DNA of 64,000 nucleotides from the human T2T-CHM13v2.0 reference genome, Homo sapiens: assembly GCF_009914755.1 (NCBI RefSeq), contig NC_060929.1. The stretch is one strand, 5' to 3'. Below are positions 26,704-43,410 of this stretch, in pieces (the stretch's first letter is position 1; the number at the start of each line of letters is the position of its first letter). The notes under the pieces are model-generated. The model searched no databases. It was not told the origin of the DNA and worked only from the letters and a program-made list of their open reading frames with translations. The translations under genes were made by a program, and so were the position numbers.

Positions 26704-28447
26704 CAGTTAAAACAGATAAAATATGCTCAGTTAATCCAAATAAGGAAAAGAAAGATAAAGAAAAAGAGGAAAATACAGATTAGACATATAGAAACCACAA
26801 GAAGGTTATATATTTAAAACCATGTCAATAATTACATTAAATAAAAATGATGTGTACACCCAATTCAAAGGCACAGATTTTCAGATTGGATAAGAGCACA
26901 ATAACCAACTCTATACTGCCTATATAAAGTTTACCATAAAATAATTATAAGTCTTTAGAAAATAAAAGATGGCAAAGATATACAATGATAATGCAAATCA
27001 GAAGAAAGATGGAGTGGTTGTATTAATGTCAGATAAACTGTTTAAGAGCAAGATTGCAAGCAATAAAGAGGATCATTTCATAACGACAAAGGAGTCAGTT
27101 CATCTGAAAACATAATAATCCTAAAAGTTTATGTACACAATGACAGACCTGCAAAAGATATGAAGCAAAACTGGGAACTGTAAAGAAAAATACACATATT
27201 TACAAATATACTCAAATAATTCCATGTATCTTATCTAAGTAATAGATTGACCAATGGAAATCAATTAGATTATAGAAGACTTGAACAACTGCATCAACCA
27301 ACTTGACAGAATTAATATTTATGAAACATTTCAACTTATAATAAAAAAATTAACATTCTTTTCAACTGCAAATAAAATATTTTTTCAAGACAGACTTTTG
27401 TCTGGGCCATAAATCAAGTCTCAGTAAGTCTGAATAGTTTTAAGTTATACAAAATAAATGTAGACTTCTACAATGAGCTTTTCTATTATCTGCTGTTAAT
27501 GCACTGTGTATACCAAAGAGGCTAAATTCATAGAAACTTCTAGCCTTAAATACCTGCATGTCAAGGTTCTCCCCATTATAAATCTAGAACATCAGTATCA
27601 TATCTTGTTATTAATTTAGATTCTTTTTAATTCTAGTTAACTTTAGGAACATACATACCCTTATGTAATCGAATTTAGTCAGAGATAGCTGACTTACTTT
27701 TAACACTGAATATTATAGAGAAGGTGTAAAACTTCAAAGGCAAATATTAGCTTCTCTACCTCAATAAAATATAACTACATAGATTATATCTGTTCTCTCC
27801 AGACCCAAGAAAACTATAGGTGTGATCAGTGATTCAAAGATTCCAAAACCTATGCATTAATTCTATAAAATTATAATAAGAAAGTCTGAGCTTACAAAAA
27901 CAATGCAAAGCAGTCCATTCAAAAATTTCGATAGCCAAAATTATTTTATCTCATTGCAAATATCTGCATGAATACTCATAATTTGTGGCCAAGTACAGTA
28001 TGATTACATTAAAAGTTAAATGGAGCTTAATTTTACACAGATTGTAGAGAGAAACTATATTATTGGAAATTGAATCAAAGCTTTTAAGTAATTATTTTGT
28101 CTGTGGCTGAAGTCAATCTTATGGTTTTACTTAAACTAAAAACAAATTAATATTCTTGGTTGGAAGGATTTTGTTTTTGTTTTCTTGTGTTTTTCCCAGA
28201 ACTTTAAGCGTATTCTTCAAAGGCACAGGTGGCAAAAGAAAAAATGAACAAATAGAATTGCATCAAACTAAAATGCCCAGTTCAGCAAAGGAAACAATAA
28301 CCGGTGTGAAGACACAAACTATTAAATGTGAAAAAAAAATCTGTAAACCATGCATCTGATAAGGGTTATATCCAAAATACATTTAAAAACTTTGCAACTC
28401 AACGGCAAAAAAATAAAATAAATAACCTGATTAAAAACAGGCAAAGG

Positions 28448-28822
<375 letters not shown>

Positions 28823-28905
28823 TCATTAATTATCAGGAAAATGCAAATCAAAATGACAATCACACCTATTAGAATGACTATTATCAAAAAAGAAAGACAG
28901 TAAGT

Positions 28906-29064
28906 TGATAATAAGTTCTTAATGAAATAACAAGGGAATCGTGTTAAGCCATTTATGAGGCATATGCCACTATGATTCAATCACCTCCCACCAGGCCTAC
29001 CTCCAACCTTGAGAATCACATTTCAACATGAGATTTCAGGAGGACAACCATCCAAATCATATCA
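28906..29064 (-). mobile_element. Internally deleted MST LTR
   Basis: TG...catatCA termini with a 5-bp TSD TAAGT (28901-28905 / 29065-29069). Only 159 bp long. Confidence 0.7.
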
Positions 29065-31914
29065 TAAGTGTTGGCAAGAATGTGGAGAAATTGGAACCAC
29101 TGTACACTCTTGGTAGGATTGAAAAATGGTGCAGGAGCTAAGAAAAAATTAGTGTTGAGGTTCCTTAGAAAATTAAAAATAGAACTATCATAAGATTCTA
29201 CAATCTCTCTTGGGGTATATACCCAAATTAAATAAAATGAGTATGTTGAAGAGATACTATACCCTCACGATTATTGCAACACTATTCACATAGCCAAAAT
29301 TTGGAATCAAAGCAACTGTCCACCAAGGAATAAATAAAGAAAATGTGGTATATATACTAAATGAAATACTGTGATGTCTTAAATATGAAGAAAGTTCTGT
29401 CATTTGCAATAATATGGAAGAACATAGAAGACATTATGTTAGGTAAAATAAGACAGACACAGAAAGACAAATACCACCTGATCTCACACACATGTAGAAT
29501 TTAAATATGTCAACCTTACAGTAATAAGAGTAGAATGGTGGTTACTACCTTTTGGGAGATGGGAAGATGCCTGAAAAAGGATACAAAATTTAGGTTAGAC
29601 ACTAGGAATGAGTCCTAAAGAGCTATTATACAGTATGGTGAGTGTAGTTAGTAATAATATATTATATATTTCAGAATTATTAAGAAAGTAGATTTTAAAT
29701 GTTCTCGCCACAAAAGAATGATAAGTCTGTGAGGTAAAAGATGCTAATTAAGTTGATTTAATTATCCCACAATATATATACCAAGCATCATGTTAAAGAC
29801 CATAAATATATACAATCTTTATTTATCAAGTAAAAATAAAAAAATTTTGAAAAATAATCAATCAAATAATATATAAATGAAGTTTTATAGCCCTGATTTT
29901 AAAAGTTAATCTTTCTAACTCAAGCTTTCAACTCGCTAAATTTGTCACAAGAATTAATAAATAGACTAAATCCTAAAAATTTATTTTATCCTAGTTAATA
30001 GGAAAATAATACATGCACACTCTTCAAACCAGTTGTGTTATCAATATAAGTGAGACACAATGTTTTGGAATATATGTAATCAACATTATATAATGTGTGA
30101 TCAACAATAAACTAATTAATAATGTCTTGTAGGGTTGTTTTCATTCTTTTTCTACCTTAAAATTTATATAACTTATTGGAAGATGAAGGGAAAATTCTAG
30201 AATATAGAAGCAGGACTGAAATACTTTATTAAGGCTTATTTTAGTCAGCTTTTAGTAAGTTATATAATATAAAAACAGTCTCACCACTTCAATATTGACA
30301 TCATCAAATATTTGTTTCTTGCTCTTTTCATATGAGTGCTTTTGTTCAACTAAGCCTCCTCTAGCTCCTCTGGTCTCCACTGGGCTTACCTGAACTAGGC
30401 TTGATTTGACTCAACATATCATCTCTTTCCATAGCTTAAGATAAAGGAAAGGCCCTCGACCTGAGACCATTGCATTTATGGAGCAGGGCCAGAGCATAAA
30501 AGTGAGCTGAAACTCATGATATCTCTTAAGATTCATCTTGGAAGTGAGGCATTGTCACTTTGACCCACAACCCATTGGTCAAAACAAATTATATGGGGTA
30601 AATATAATCCCAAATGTAAGGCAGTAAATAGTTAAAAGAAATATTCCAAGCAGCCAAAAGCATGTTACATACTTGGATAAAAATGAGTTCAACTTTAAGT
30701 AGGTTAGAAAAATACTGTTTTCTAATGATTATGAGCGAAATTTGGATGTCTAGTTTACATATTTTCACAATATTGCACATATATATATATTCTGTATTTG
30801 GTCAAAATACTGGTGGAACATGCTTGGAATTTTAGTAAAATATATGAGAAGTTAAAGGTAAATAATGAGACAGCCGAAAAAGTTGAAAGTCATTCTGATG
30901 TCAAGAGAAGTCTAGATAAATATGACCAAGAGCATGATTATATAAATAGGTGACTCAATACAAAGTGACAGAATGTTCAAAGTGTAGCTAGCCCATGAGT
31001 AAAAGAAGAATGGATGGAAGAGAAAGCCCCTAAATTGCTTTATTAGGAAGTTACAGGAGAATTTAATTGCATATTTTTGAGTTCAGGACATACTTCTAGA
31101 GGGAAGAATTAGGTAACATAAAATTTTAAGGCAGGCAAAGTTCACACTCTCCAACAAAACAAATGGATTCAAAAAGTATTTATTGACCAGGCATTATGTC
31201 TTAAAATTTCATTAGCTTCTGTAAATAGAAAGATTAAGGTAACTTATCTTACACTTTTACAAAGTTATGATTCTTGTACATTCACATTAACTATGAATGT
31301 CATTCATTAGTTGAAAAAGACAAGAGAACAACAAATCTACAGAAAATGGTGAAACTTATCTTTTAAATTAGCAATTTATTCTGATTTTCTATAGTTTGTA
31401 ATGTATAAAATTGATTTTTTCCGAACATTCAAATACATGATGTAGCATATACAAACAAGGATTAGCTATTAAATCTTTGAGTACCTTTAAACTATTTTGT
31501 CCCGTGTAGGCAGTAATTCAGGTTATACTAATTCTCATATTTATTTATATGACACTTGAAATGTCACTCATGGTTTTGTAAAAGTCTACCTATACTGCTA
31601 GATAAAAAACATATTTAACAGTATGACTTGCATAAATAAAATCTCTAAATTATTAACATTTAGATATGAAAGTAATTTCTAGATTGTTAACAATGTACAG
31701 AAACATCTGGAAAATATTTATCTCTGGCCTCTGCATCAAATCTTATTTCACATCTTGTGAAAATACAAACTGGAATTCCATTTTGTTAGATCAGGGTATA
31801 TAAAAATCAGTTCTGAGAATTTTCACTCTCTAAGTTGTTGCTGAAGCATCATTGTCTAATTAAAGAGTTATTTGCAATTGCAGAAAATATTGATACATTC
31901 ATATCAATCTCGTA

Positions 31915-32122
31915 TGGTGGTTCTCAACTGGGGGAAGGGTGTTTTTTAATACCCCCACCACCCCAGGGGATATTTGGCAATCCTTGAACCATTTTTGACA
32001 GCCAAAACTTGCAGGTTGCGGTGGAGAGGGGTGGGGTTTAGTGGCTTCTAGTGATTAGAGTCCAGAGATGTGAGTAAACTTCCTACAATGTATAGGATAG
32101 CCCTCCACAATAAAAAATGATC
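31915..32122 (+). mobile_element. MER20 (hAT-Charlie) DNA transposon
   Basis: gtggttctcaactggggg...ccccaggggatatttggcaat...cctacaatgtataggatagccc. Confidence 0.75.
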
Positions 32123-32319
32123 AGGGAATTAAGGAGTTATTTAATTAATTTTATTTATTTTTAAGAGAGTTTCCTTTGCATAATGGATCCATATGTGTAA
32201 AATATGCATTTTATGTTATTAAAAACACTTGATTATTGAATATGTTATTATTGAATAATACAGACTCTATCCAAAAAAACAGAGAAAATTAAAATACTTT
32301 ATCAACTATAGAGAAGCAA

Positions 32320-32500
32320 GTATATTCCAGACATCATTCTAAGAACTTTGTGGGTATTTTCACCAACTTATGAAATGCTCCTTATTGCTTTCATTAGCAC
32401 TTTGGTAATGAGGAAACTGAGGTACAGCACTGAAATATCAGACACACTCAGATTTAAACCCAAACAATGGGCCTCCAGGCTGGATAGATGCTTTAATCAC
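32320..32500 (-). mobile_element. MIR fragment
   Basis: Core motif atgaggaaactgagg and gatttaaacccaa. Confidence 0.6.
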
Positions 32501-32833
32501 AGTTAATAGTTTGCAAGACCCCCCACCCTTTCTCTCCTTCTTCGTCTTTCTCTCATAACATTTATTAGGTTGAAGCACATGAAAATCATGTTATTTGACC
32601 ATATGAACCATTTGATGTGCTTCAACAAAATATGCCCTTAACATGGTACAACTTTTTTGTGACGTGTTTTATTATGTTATTTTTCATAAATATTTTCTTT
32701 GTTGATAAAAATGTTTTTAAGTAACAGCTTAAAGGCAATATAATATTGTATATATAGACTCATTATAATAGCATAATTAATTCACCAATCCTCAACTGTA
32801 TGATATTTCACTTAAGACCATTTTTTTGATAAT

Positions 32834-33285
32834 TGCTATGGACTAACCTTGTCCTCCTAAAATCCATGTGTTGAAACTTAATTGCCAATGTGATAGTATT
32901 AAGAGGTAAAGCCTTTTAGAGATGATGAGGTTATGATGGTGAAGTCTTAATGAATGAGATTAGCAACCTTATCAAAGAAGCCTCAGAGAACTTCCTAGCC
33001 CATTTTTTGCCCTTCCATCTCTTCTTACATGTGAAGACAGCATTTATCCTCTTTTTGCCTTTTGCTCCTTCCACCATGTGAGGACACAACGTTTGTATGT
33101 TCTGCCTTTCCCGCCACGTGAAGATGCTGGGAGTGTATAGCATCTGTAGAACAGGCCCTCACGTGACACTGAATCTGCTGGTCATATGATCTTAGACTTC
33201 CCAGCCTCTAGAACTGTGAATAATAAATCTATATTATTTATGAGTTACCTGTTTATTTTATTATAGCACACCAATGAGCTAAAAG
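32834..33285 (+). mobile_element. MSTD/MLT1A-like MaLR solo LTR
   Basis: tgctatggact...ccaatgtgatagtattaagagg...gatcttagacttcccagcctctagaactgtga. Confidence 0.8.
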
Positions 33286-34269
33286 AATGGAAAATTGCAA
33301 TTTTATTAACATAAAATTTGGGGGGTTTCCTAAGTTTAGTTAAAAAATGAAGTTAAGTTATTGGCAATATTTTATTGCTTGATTTCCTTATATAGAGACA
33401 TTAAAAATAAAGCTATCTAACTGTTGTGTGGGGATGGATATTTCTTGTGAATTTTAGAGATTATATTTTTTCAATCCTCATAATTTTTTAACCAAAAAGT
33501 TGTCTTTCAGTTTTCAAACTTTTGTGAATAGAATGTAGAGAGAATGAAGATTCATCTGTCGAATATTGAAGGCAATTATAAACCTAAAATATTTACAACA
33601 TAAAATATTTAAATACATTTGGTAAGAAAGTTAAACATTTTAAAACATGAAAAAGTTCATATTGAATATAAATTAAAATGGAAAATAAAGTCAGCATAGA
33701 TAGAATAAAATTATGTTAAGAACTCAGATTTTTTGTTCAATAGAATTCTATTCACCTACATTATTAGCGGAAAGGCAAATTTTTATTAATATCTCTGTTC
33801 TTTTTCTAATAACCGTTTCATTGTATATTATCTGCTCTAATTGCTCAATTGCTAACTTTTCTGGTCTGTTGAAACTTTTCAGAAATTATGCTATTATTGC
33901 TCAACTCTGAATACATGAAACTCTTCTTCTTTACTCTACAATTCGATAATGTGCCTGAGTCTCAACAAACCATATTTATCTTTGCCAGCTGAATCCATCT
34001 TGATTCAGCTAAATTGGGTTGGATATAGGGGAAGGATACATTTTTCTGCTGCTCCCATCAACTTTATCTCATTGAAAGTACTATACCTTAGAAATGACAA
34101 TTTGAATACCAAACTTTGACCCTTCCCCAAAACTTCCATAATACAGCCTCCTGTCATATTCCCTCTGTATCCTGAGGGTGGGGTCACAACTCCATGGGAC
34201 TTCACATTCAAAGTCCTGATACATTAATTTCAAATGGACAGTGTTCTCTCCTGAGAGATCTTGGTAACT

Positions 34270-35670
<1,401 letters not shown>

Positions 35671-36554
35671 AGAGGAAAGATTAAACCCAATTCCATATGT
35701 ATTTAACCAAAAATTGATATAGAGAAGATAACAAGAATATAAGACAAAGTTAAAAGTGTCTAGGATCAATGGATTACAATGCAATTAATGTGTGAAACTA
35801 ACACAGTCAACTCACTAGAACAGAGTAATTTCAAATAGGAAAAAGTTTTGGTCAGAAAGTAGGATACATAAAATTAAAACAAAAACATATTCATCACTTT
35901 GTAATTTCCAAATTTTAAGGAAAACATTCCTTTTAAAATGAAGTGGAAATAGTCTAAGAGATAAAATCTCCTAAATATGACTTGCATTCCTGTTTTTCCT
36001 TTAAAATAATGAGAAAGCAGGTTGATGGCAAGATGCTCAAAGATAATAAAAAATACATTATATTTTGGCTATGTAATTTATGTACTTGTCAAATGTTATT
36101 CCAAGGATGAAGTAGCCTATTTGAAGTTGCAAATTGACATCTGATGAATGACTTCCTACAACAGCATTATTATGTTTTGAAAAACTAAGGTCAAAATACT
36201 TCATGAAAATGAACAAAATAATAAACTCATTTTCTCTGAATTCTCTATTCTTTAGCATAATATATTGCTCAAATTCTGCTCTAATAAAATCTAGCAAAAT
36301 GAACTGAAAATAGAATGAATTAAAAGTAGACATAATATTAGAATTTTGAATGTTAATTATAAAGAAGATTCACATTCCAGTTTATGTGTTCATACAGATG
36401 TGAAAATTTGATCTTTCATGTATAATATGTATTATACAAATTATTCTATAAGAAATATAATATTTTAGGTTAGATTTTATCAAATGTATTATGATATTTA
36501 TTATAGAATATATTTATCTATCATATTCATTTAGAATGTAACATTTATTTATAT

Positions 36555-36775
36555 TTTTATTATTATTATTTGAAACAGGGTCTCACTCTGTTTCCCATAG
36601 CAGAGTTCAGTGGCATGATCATAGTTCACCATAACTTTGAACTCCTGGGCTCAAGCGATCCTCTGGCCTCAACTTCCAAAGTATCTGGGATTACAAGCAC
36701 ATGCCACTTCATCTGATCCTCCTGCCTTGGCCTCCCAAAGTACTGGGGTTAAAGGCATAAAGCATTGTGCCTGGC
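36555..36775 (-). mobile_element. AluJ with internal deletion
   Basis: Right arm joined directly to the left-arm 5' part (gatcctcctgccttggcctcccaaag). Confidence 0.75.
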
Positions 36776-37589
36776 TAAATGCAGTATTTATAATATACAA
36801 ATAAAATATCAAGGTCTATGTGTATTAGAAAGTCTATTCAAAAGTAACAATGCATGTGAAAATTGTTATATATAATTTTTCTGTATTTAGGAAAAATAAT
36901 ACAACAAATAGCCACAATGTATAAACAAAATAAATTGAAAGTGTAATCTTCAAAATAATGTAATATTCTATGGTTTAGTGATCCCAAATCAATAGCCTTC
37001 ACCAAAGAATATAAAAACAAAAAATCTACTGAACTGTTTGTCATAAAGCTATTAAAATCCTGATAGTAAAACTAGAAAAGAATAGTGAAAAAATATAGAA
37101 AAAATATTTATTAACATAATTTTAAAATTGTAAATCATACATATATAAGCAAAAATGCTAAAACATATATCTTTGTGCTAGACTGATATCAATCTACATT
37201 ATTCCTATACATCCTCTTTAAAATGTGATTTTGAGCTCCTGTATTCAAAATGTGGAGTGTCTTCTCCCATCTCTTGAATCTGGAGTATCCTTGTGACTTA
37301 CTATGACTAACAGAACATGGACTAGCTTTCTAGAGGATAAGAGACAATATGAAGTAGAGCTAAATCAGCCTGGTTGTACTAGCCAAACCTCACACATGTG
37401 AGAGGGCTCATCTAACATGCAACATGATCCATATCTGACATGACCCATAAATGAACACAGATGCATTAATAAACTAAACTGAGCCCAGCTTAGATAGAAA
37501 AAAAATAATCCAAGTAACTGACAGACTCATGGGCGTAAACAGGAATTCTTAGAATAGTTAATTTCTGTTATTTTGTTGTTGCTGTTTCA

Positions 37590-38640
37590 TTATGATGAAA
37601 TACATACAACATAAACTTAACCATTTTAATCATTTAATGTACAATTCAGTGCCATTAAGTAAACTAACACTGTTGTGCAACAGTAATCACCATTCGTCAG
37701 AAGCTTTTTATCATCTGAAACTGAATCTTTGTAGTTATTCAACAATATCTCCTCAATATTCCTTTCTGACAGATTCCTCTGGAAATCTCTATTCTATTAT
37801 CTGTCCAATGATTTGACTATTTTAGATACCGCATATAAGTTGAATTATGTGCTATTTGTCCTTATGTTTCTGACTTATTTTACTTAGCATAATGTGTTTA
37901 AGATTTATTCCTGCAGTAGCATGTAGAAAAATTTCATTCCTTTCAAGACTGAATGATATTCCCTAGTATGTTTGCACCTTACTTTGGTTACCTATTCACT
38001 GGTTGATGAACACAACGTGTTTCCATCTTTTGGCTATTGTGAATAATGATGCTATGAACATTGATATACCAATACATATTTGAGCTTTTGTTTTCAATTA
38101 TTTTGGAAATATACTGAAAAATGAAATTTTTGGATCATATGGCCATTCCACATTTTTTTTTTTGAGAAATCACAGTATCATTTTCCACAGCATATACATT
38201 TTCATCAGCAACACACAGGCATTCAAATTTTTCTACATCCTAACCAACATTTGTTATTTCTTTTTTGTTGGTTGATGGATTGAGATAACACATTATTATT
38301 GATGCTTTGAAATGTGTTAGAATTTGGCCTACCATATGATCTAATCCTGGAGACTGTTCCATGTGTACTTGAAAAAGTATATATTTTTTTCTCTTGTTGG
38401 GTGGAGTGTTCTGTATATGTCTGTTAGGTCCAATCACTTCATAGTATTGTTCAAGTCCTCTATTTCCTTATTGATTTTCTATCTTTTGTATCTTATTGTT
38501 CTATTCCCTATAGAAAGTACAGTATTGAAGATTCCAACTAGGATCTTTTTTTTCTTCAATTATGTCAAGCTTTGTTTCATAGATTTTACAGCTTTGACAT
38601 TATGTACACGTGTGTTTTATAATGATAAATCTTCTTAGTG
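37590..38640 (-). mobile_element. L1MB 3' end joined to an upstream ORF2 (endonuclease) piece
   Basis: gtacaattcagtgccattaagt; ttggctattgtgaataatg; then ggagtgttctgtatatgtctgttaggtcc (QNTPP motif). Confidence 0.8.
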
Positions 38641-41169
38641 AATATTTCAACCATTCTCATTTAGTGCAGCAAGATCAATAAGATGATCTTTCAGTGCCTC
38701 TCTTCAATTTCGTGAGAGGAATAACCTAGTCAAAGTAAGGAGACACATGAAAATAGGGGGAAAAAAAGGAATATAAATTGAGAAGCAAGAAAAATGCTGT
38801 CTTTTACAGAAAATAAGAAGACTAATATAATTACTTGCCAAGGTTGTTCAATACCAGTAATATAAATTCCTTGAAGAGCAAGAGTGATTGGCATCCAAAT
38901 TGCTGGTAGTGGTCAGCTCTTCCTTTATGATAGGAATAAAGAGACTAAGATGAGTGCAGATGTTATAGTATTTGAAATAAGAAGTTTTGCAACTTTCTTT
39001 TTGAATGCTTCTATTTTTCCTTATGAAGTTGCATGCTTTCAGTAAGCATGGAGATATAAAGAACTGAAAGTTGAAAAAGAGAACATTTGAAAAATTACTA
39101 TAGAATGTGAAAAAAATGATCAAAAATGTAGGACAATTTAAAGGTGACTCTTCTGAGTTTATAGCAGAAAATATCAACATTTTATGTGAACTTTTATATC
39201 AACGTAAGTCACTTGAATACAGTCAAAGATAAAGACTGGATGCTTAAAATCATACAGACTGAAACTTTTGCTGGCAGAAATTGAGAAAAAGAAAGAGAAT
39301 GAATACACTTTTGCATATAAATAAAAGTATTACTGTAATGATAGACAAGAAAAACTAAAAGAAGCTTGAGAAAAATGAAGAAAAAGAAGTAGGTTTTGAA
39401 TGGGAAAAAGTGGAAATGTCAGTAAACCACAATGTATCTCGAGATCAAAGAGTAGTTATACTATGTTACATTGCAAAAGTTAGAAGAAGTAAACCTTTAA
39501 TTAGTGATATTCTTATCAAACAGTTACATGGTCTAGAATGTAATTATGGGTGTGGGTCACTGAAGTCTATGACCATTAAACCTTAGCAATATTCTACTTA
39601 AACATAGGAAAAAGGCACAATAATACTCATTCTGATATATTGATTAGACATTGTATTAGATGTCCTAGCAAAGCATTACAATAAATATGTATATAATTTA
39701 AAAGTTACATACAGAACTCATTATTTGTATTTGTCTCCATATAAACTATGAACACTTTATTATTTTTTTTTGAAATAATTATAGACTTCAGCCAAAGGGT
39801 TGAATATATGACTAATACACCAAAAAAAAGTTCATTTCGCTGAGACAGGGCTGTATTTTGTTCTGTTTGCTGCCCAGAAAATAGAGGCCTGTGTTTCCAT
39901 TTCTACATCTTTCATGTGAACTAGTTGCTTTCTATCTGAAAGCCAAACTATATCCCTTATTTAGTATTGAAAGATCATTTATTTTATTTGCCATATTCAA
40001 AAAGTTTTAGAGTAAAGAAAATTAATAGAAGTAACTTATTCAGGTATCTTTATTTTAGGAGAGTAACTAAAATATATGGTGTGAAGAAAGTAATTAAAAT
40101 AATTACATGTTACTATTTATTAAGGTACTTCTCAATCCCTTTAATTTCATTTCCATTAATTAATATGTCTTGTGATTTATGGTCTACCCATAAACGGCCT
40201 GATATTAATCAGGATTAGCTGTTAAACTAATGACTAATTCACATATATAATATAGACAGTTCTGTAAGTAGATAATGATGATTACCAGCTACACAAACAT
40301 TTGTAAAATGAGTGAATTTCAAGGTAAAACTTTTGAAATGATAAGAATAATTTTTACAGAATGTTCTGTTAAATTATAATAAACTTATATTAAAAGATTA
40401 CACTTTTCATTTCTCTCTGTATTATTAAAATCCAATTTACCATAAAAGAACCATCTGTTTCAAAAATAAAAATAATATAAGTAACAAACTCCTTGGTGTG
40501 TTCAATTTCTATCCAGCTGTAACACATTATGAAAGCATTTTTATAAAGAGTATGATGATTACATTATGAATTAGTCTACCTAAACCTTTAGGGCAGATTT
40601 ATCTACATTTTACTGTTATTTAAAAGATGTTCAAACTAGGTATATTATTTGGAGAAGAACCCCTACATTAGCTAAAAATTCTAATTTTATATAATAATAT
40701 TAAATAAGACACATTTACTGAAAATAAGAGGACATAAAATTTCTTGTCAAGATTTGGCTTGAAAAACTTGCTCAAAATTTAAGAAAATAAATTTCAGAGA
40801 TGAAAATGAAAGCAAGCTTGATGTATTCCAGCAAGAATCAACATAACTATTTTTCCTAGGCCTTTCATTAATTCCAGGGGGCAGTTGAAGTTTTATTCAC
40901 TACTATCTGTTGTTGTTCACCAAGAATTCATAGCATGTACTCTATTCTCTACAGTTAAAAAAAAAAGACATTTTGTCACTGTGGAGTCTCTTATTGAGAA
41001 AAATGTTATTAGCATTTTAACTTTTCTTTACAATTTTTATGATATCACAATAGCTTACTAATTTAATATTATTGTTGCAGATTGGGGTGTCCCTGTACAG
41101 ATGGACTTAATTCATAACATGACAAGGAAAGGGGAGGGAAAAGAAGAGGGATAGCAAGAGGGAAAGGGA

Positions 41170-41370
41170 TGAGATTCAGATTTCCTGAGACCACATTTTG
41201 TCTTCTAAATATGTGATACTGGGCAAAGTTTATGATCAGTATGTGTCATAGTAGACTTGCCTATAATAGACAATAATAATAGTGTCTGAAGATGTATTGA
41301 ACTAATAATGTACATCAGTGCTTAGGAGATTGCCAGAAATATTTAACTACTAGATAAATGTCATCTTTTA
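41170..41370 (+). mobile_element. MIR fragment
   Basis: tgtgatactgggcaaag...ataataatagt...aataatgtacat. Confidence 0.45.
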
Positions 41371-42029
41371 ATTAGTAGATGTAGTTGTGGTAGTAGATGT
41401 AGTATTAAGGGTCGTATTCGCCCCAGTAGAGGCACCTACCTGGGAAGACACATGCCAGGAAAGGCAAAGGTGACCAAACCAATGTTACCTCCTTTGTAGT
41501 TGTGCCTGGTGCTGGACCTGTGACTTTTCTCCCCATGGAGCATCCCTACAACAACAAAACAAACAAACAAACAAAAAGAGAGCAGTATTCTCCAACTTCT
41601 GTACCTACAAATAGGTTAACAAATAGGCTAGTTGGCTGTATCTATTCTGAGGACTCTAGTTTCTGCAAACAATATACAAAATCTGGGAAGGTGTTATTAT
41701 TTTCCACTTTTGTTGCAGGTTTAAGCTAAGCTCTCCTAAGTAACTTCATTAAAGTAAAATTACTGGCAAATTGTTACCACTAATAAAGAAAAAAATGTAA
41801 TTTCTTATTTGCTTCTGAATTCTTTTCTCTACCACTAAGAAAGTAGATGATGAGAGGGTGAGAAGTATTAATTTCCTGTAATGGTATACCTCTTTTATGG
41901 CAAGCCTCCCATTATTTTTCTTTTATATTTCTTAAATAACTTCATAGTACCCACATTTTCTTTTTCAGAATAATGTGAACATTGGCTTGAACATACCCCT
42001 GCACCTAGAACCGTAACCAAAAATATATA

Positions 42030-42980
42030 TAATATTATCAGCACTCTAGGTATTATCCTTATTTCCCCTTTCAGTCACTATATCCGGCACCCAAGATTGA
42101 CCTCTCTCATGACTTCTAACATCTTAGACACATTTTGCCTATTTTGTAGGTTTCTGTCAATGGAGCTGCATATATGCACTTTTGCATAAGATTTCTTTTG
42201 GTTGCATGTAGTTATATGTCATTTCTTTTTATTACCAGATTGATATGATTTGGCTGTGTCCCCACCGAAATCTTAACTTGAATTGCAATCATTCCCTTGT
42301 GTCAAGTAGGGGGCTAGGCGGAGATAATTGAATCACGGGGGTGGTTTCCTCCATACTGTTCTTGTGGTAGTGAATAAGTCTCATGAGATCTGATAGTTTT
42401 ACAAATGGGAGTTCCCTGGCACAAGCTCTGTTGCTTGCTGCCACGTAAGATGTGCCTTTGCTTCTCTTTTGCCTTCCACCATGATTGTGGGGCCTCCCCA
42501 GACATGTGGAACTCTTGAGTCAATTTAACCTGTTTCCTTTATAATTACCCAGTCTTGGGTATGTCTTCTTTATTAGCAGCATGAGAACAAACTAATACAC
42601 AGATAGTATGCCATTTTGTGACAATAGCAAAATATTCTATTGATGGACATTTGGATTATTTCTAGATATTGTTTCTCTAAACATTCTAATATATGTATTT
42701 GGTGAATGTATGTATGCATCATAATTAGATATTACATTTGGAGTAAAAATAGTGGGCAACATGTATAGCTAAGTAGATACTGACAGAAATTTATCAAGAG
42801 TGATTATATCAATATATACAAGTTATGGTTACTCTATATCCATGCTAATACTTGTTATCATTAGGCTTTTACATTTTTACCAGCAAAATGATTATACCTA
42901 TATCTAATTGTAGATTGAAATTGAATCTTCTCATTTGTAATGCATTAAACACCTCTCATATATTTGTTAGCTAATAAACT
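42030..42980 (-). mobile_element. L1ME-type 3' fragment split by THE1
   Basis: gacttctaacatc...ttttgcctattttg; attgatggacatttggattatttc. Confidence 0.6.
42241..42599 (+). mobile_element. THE1B-like solo LTR
   Basis: tgatatgatttggctgtgtccccacc...actaataca. Perfect 5-bp TSD CAGAT. Confidence 0.95.
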
Positions 42981-43101
42981 CTAAAGTATTATTTGGAGAA
43001 AATAAAGATATTGTTCTTTTCTGATGGTTACTATTGTGAATATGACTATAATTTTCAAAAAAAGTTAACGTAGTTTTGCAAAGTGTTAAAGTGAAAATAT
43101 T

Positions 43102-43410
43102 GGGCTGTCATGGTGGCTCATGCCTGTAATCCCAGCACTTTGGGAGGCAATGGCAGAAGGATCACTTGAGATCAGGAGTTTGAGACCAACCTGGGCAACA
43201 TCGCGAAACTCCGTCTCTACTAAAACTACGAAAATCAACCGGGCATGGTGGTACACACCAGTAATCCCGGCTACTCAGGAGGCTGAGGCAGGAGAATTGC
43301 TTGCACCAGTGAGGTGGAGGTTGCAGTGAGCCGAGACTGCACAACCGCACTCCAGCCTGGGAGACAGAGCAAAACTATGTCTTAAATAAATAAAACAATA
43401 AAATAAAATA
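43102..43410 (+). mobile_element. Alu (old S or Jb)
   Basis: Full dimer with an (AAAT)n tail. TSD aaaatatt. Confidence 0.9.

Larger units (their letters stand above)
24570..27460 (+). mobile_element. Ancient L1M ORF1 / ORF2-endonuclease remnant, interrupted
   Basis: ORF1-like ataatcaaattgcttaaaaacagtgataaagagaacatcttaaaagca and endonuclease-like caataattacattaaat...aaagatggagtggttgtattaatgtcagataaa. Confidence 0.7.
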
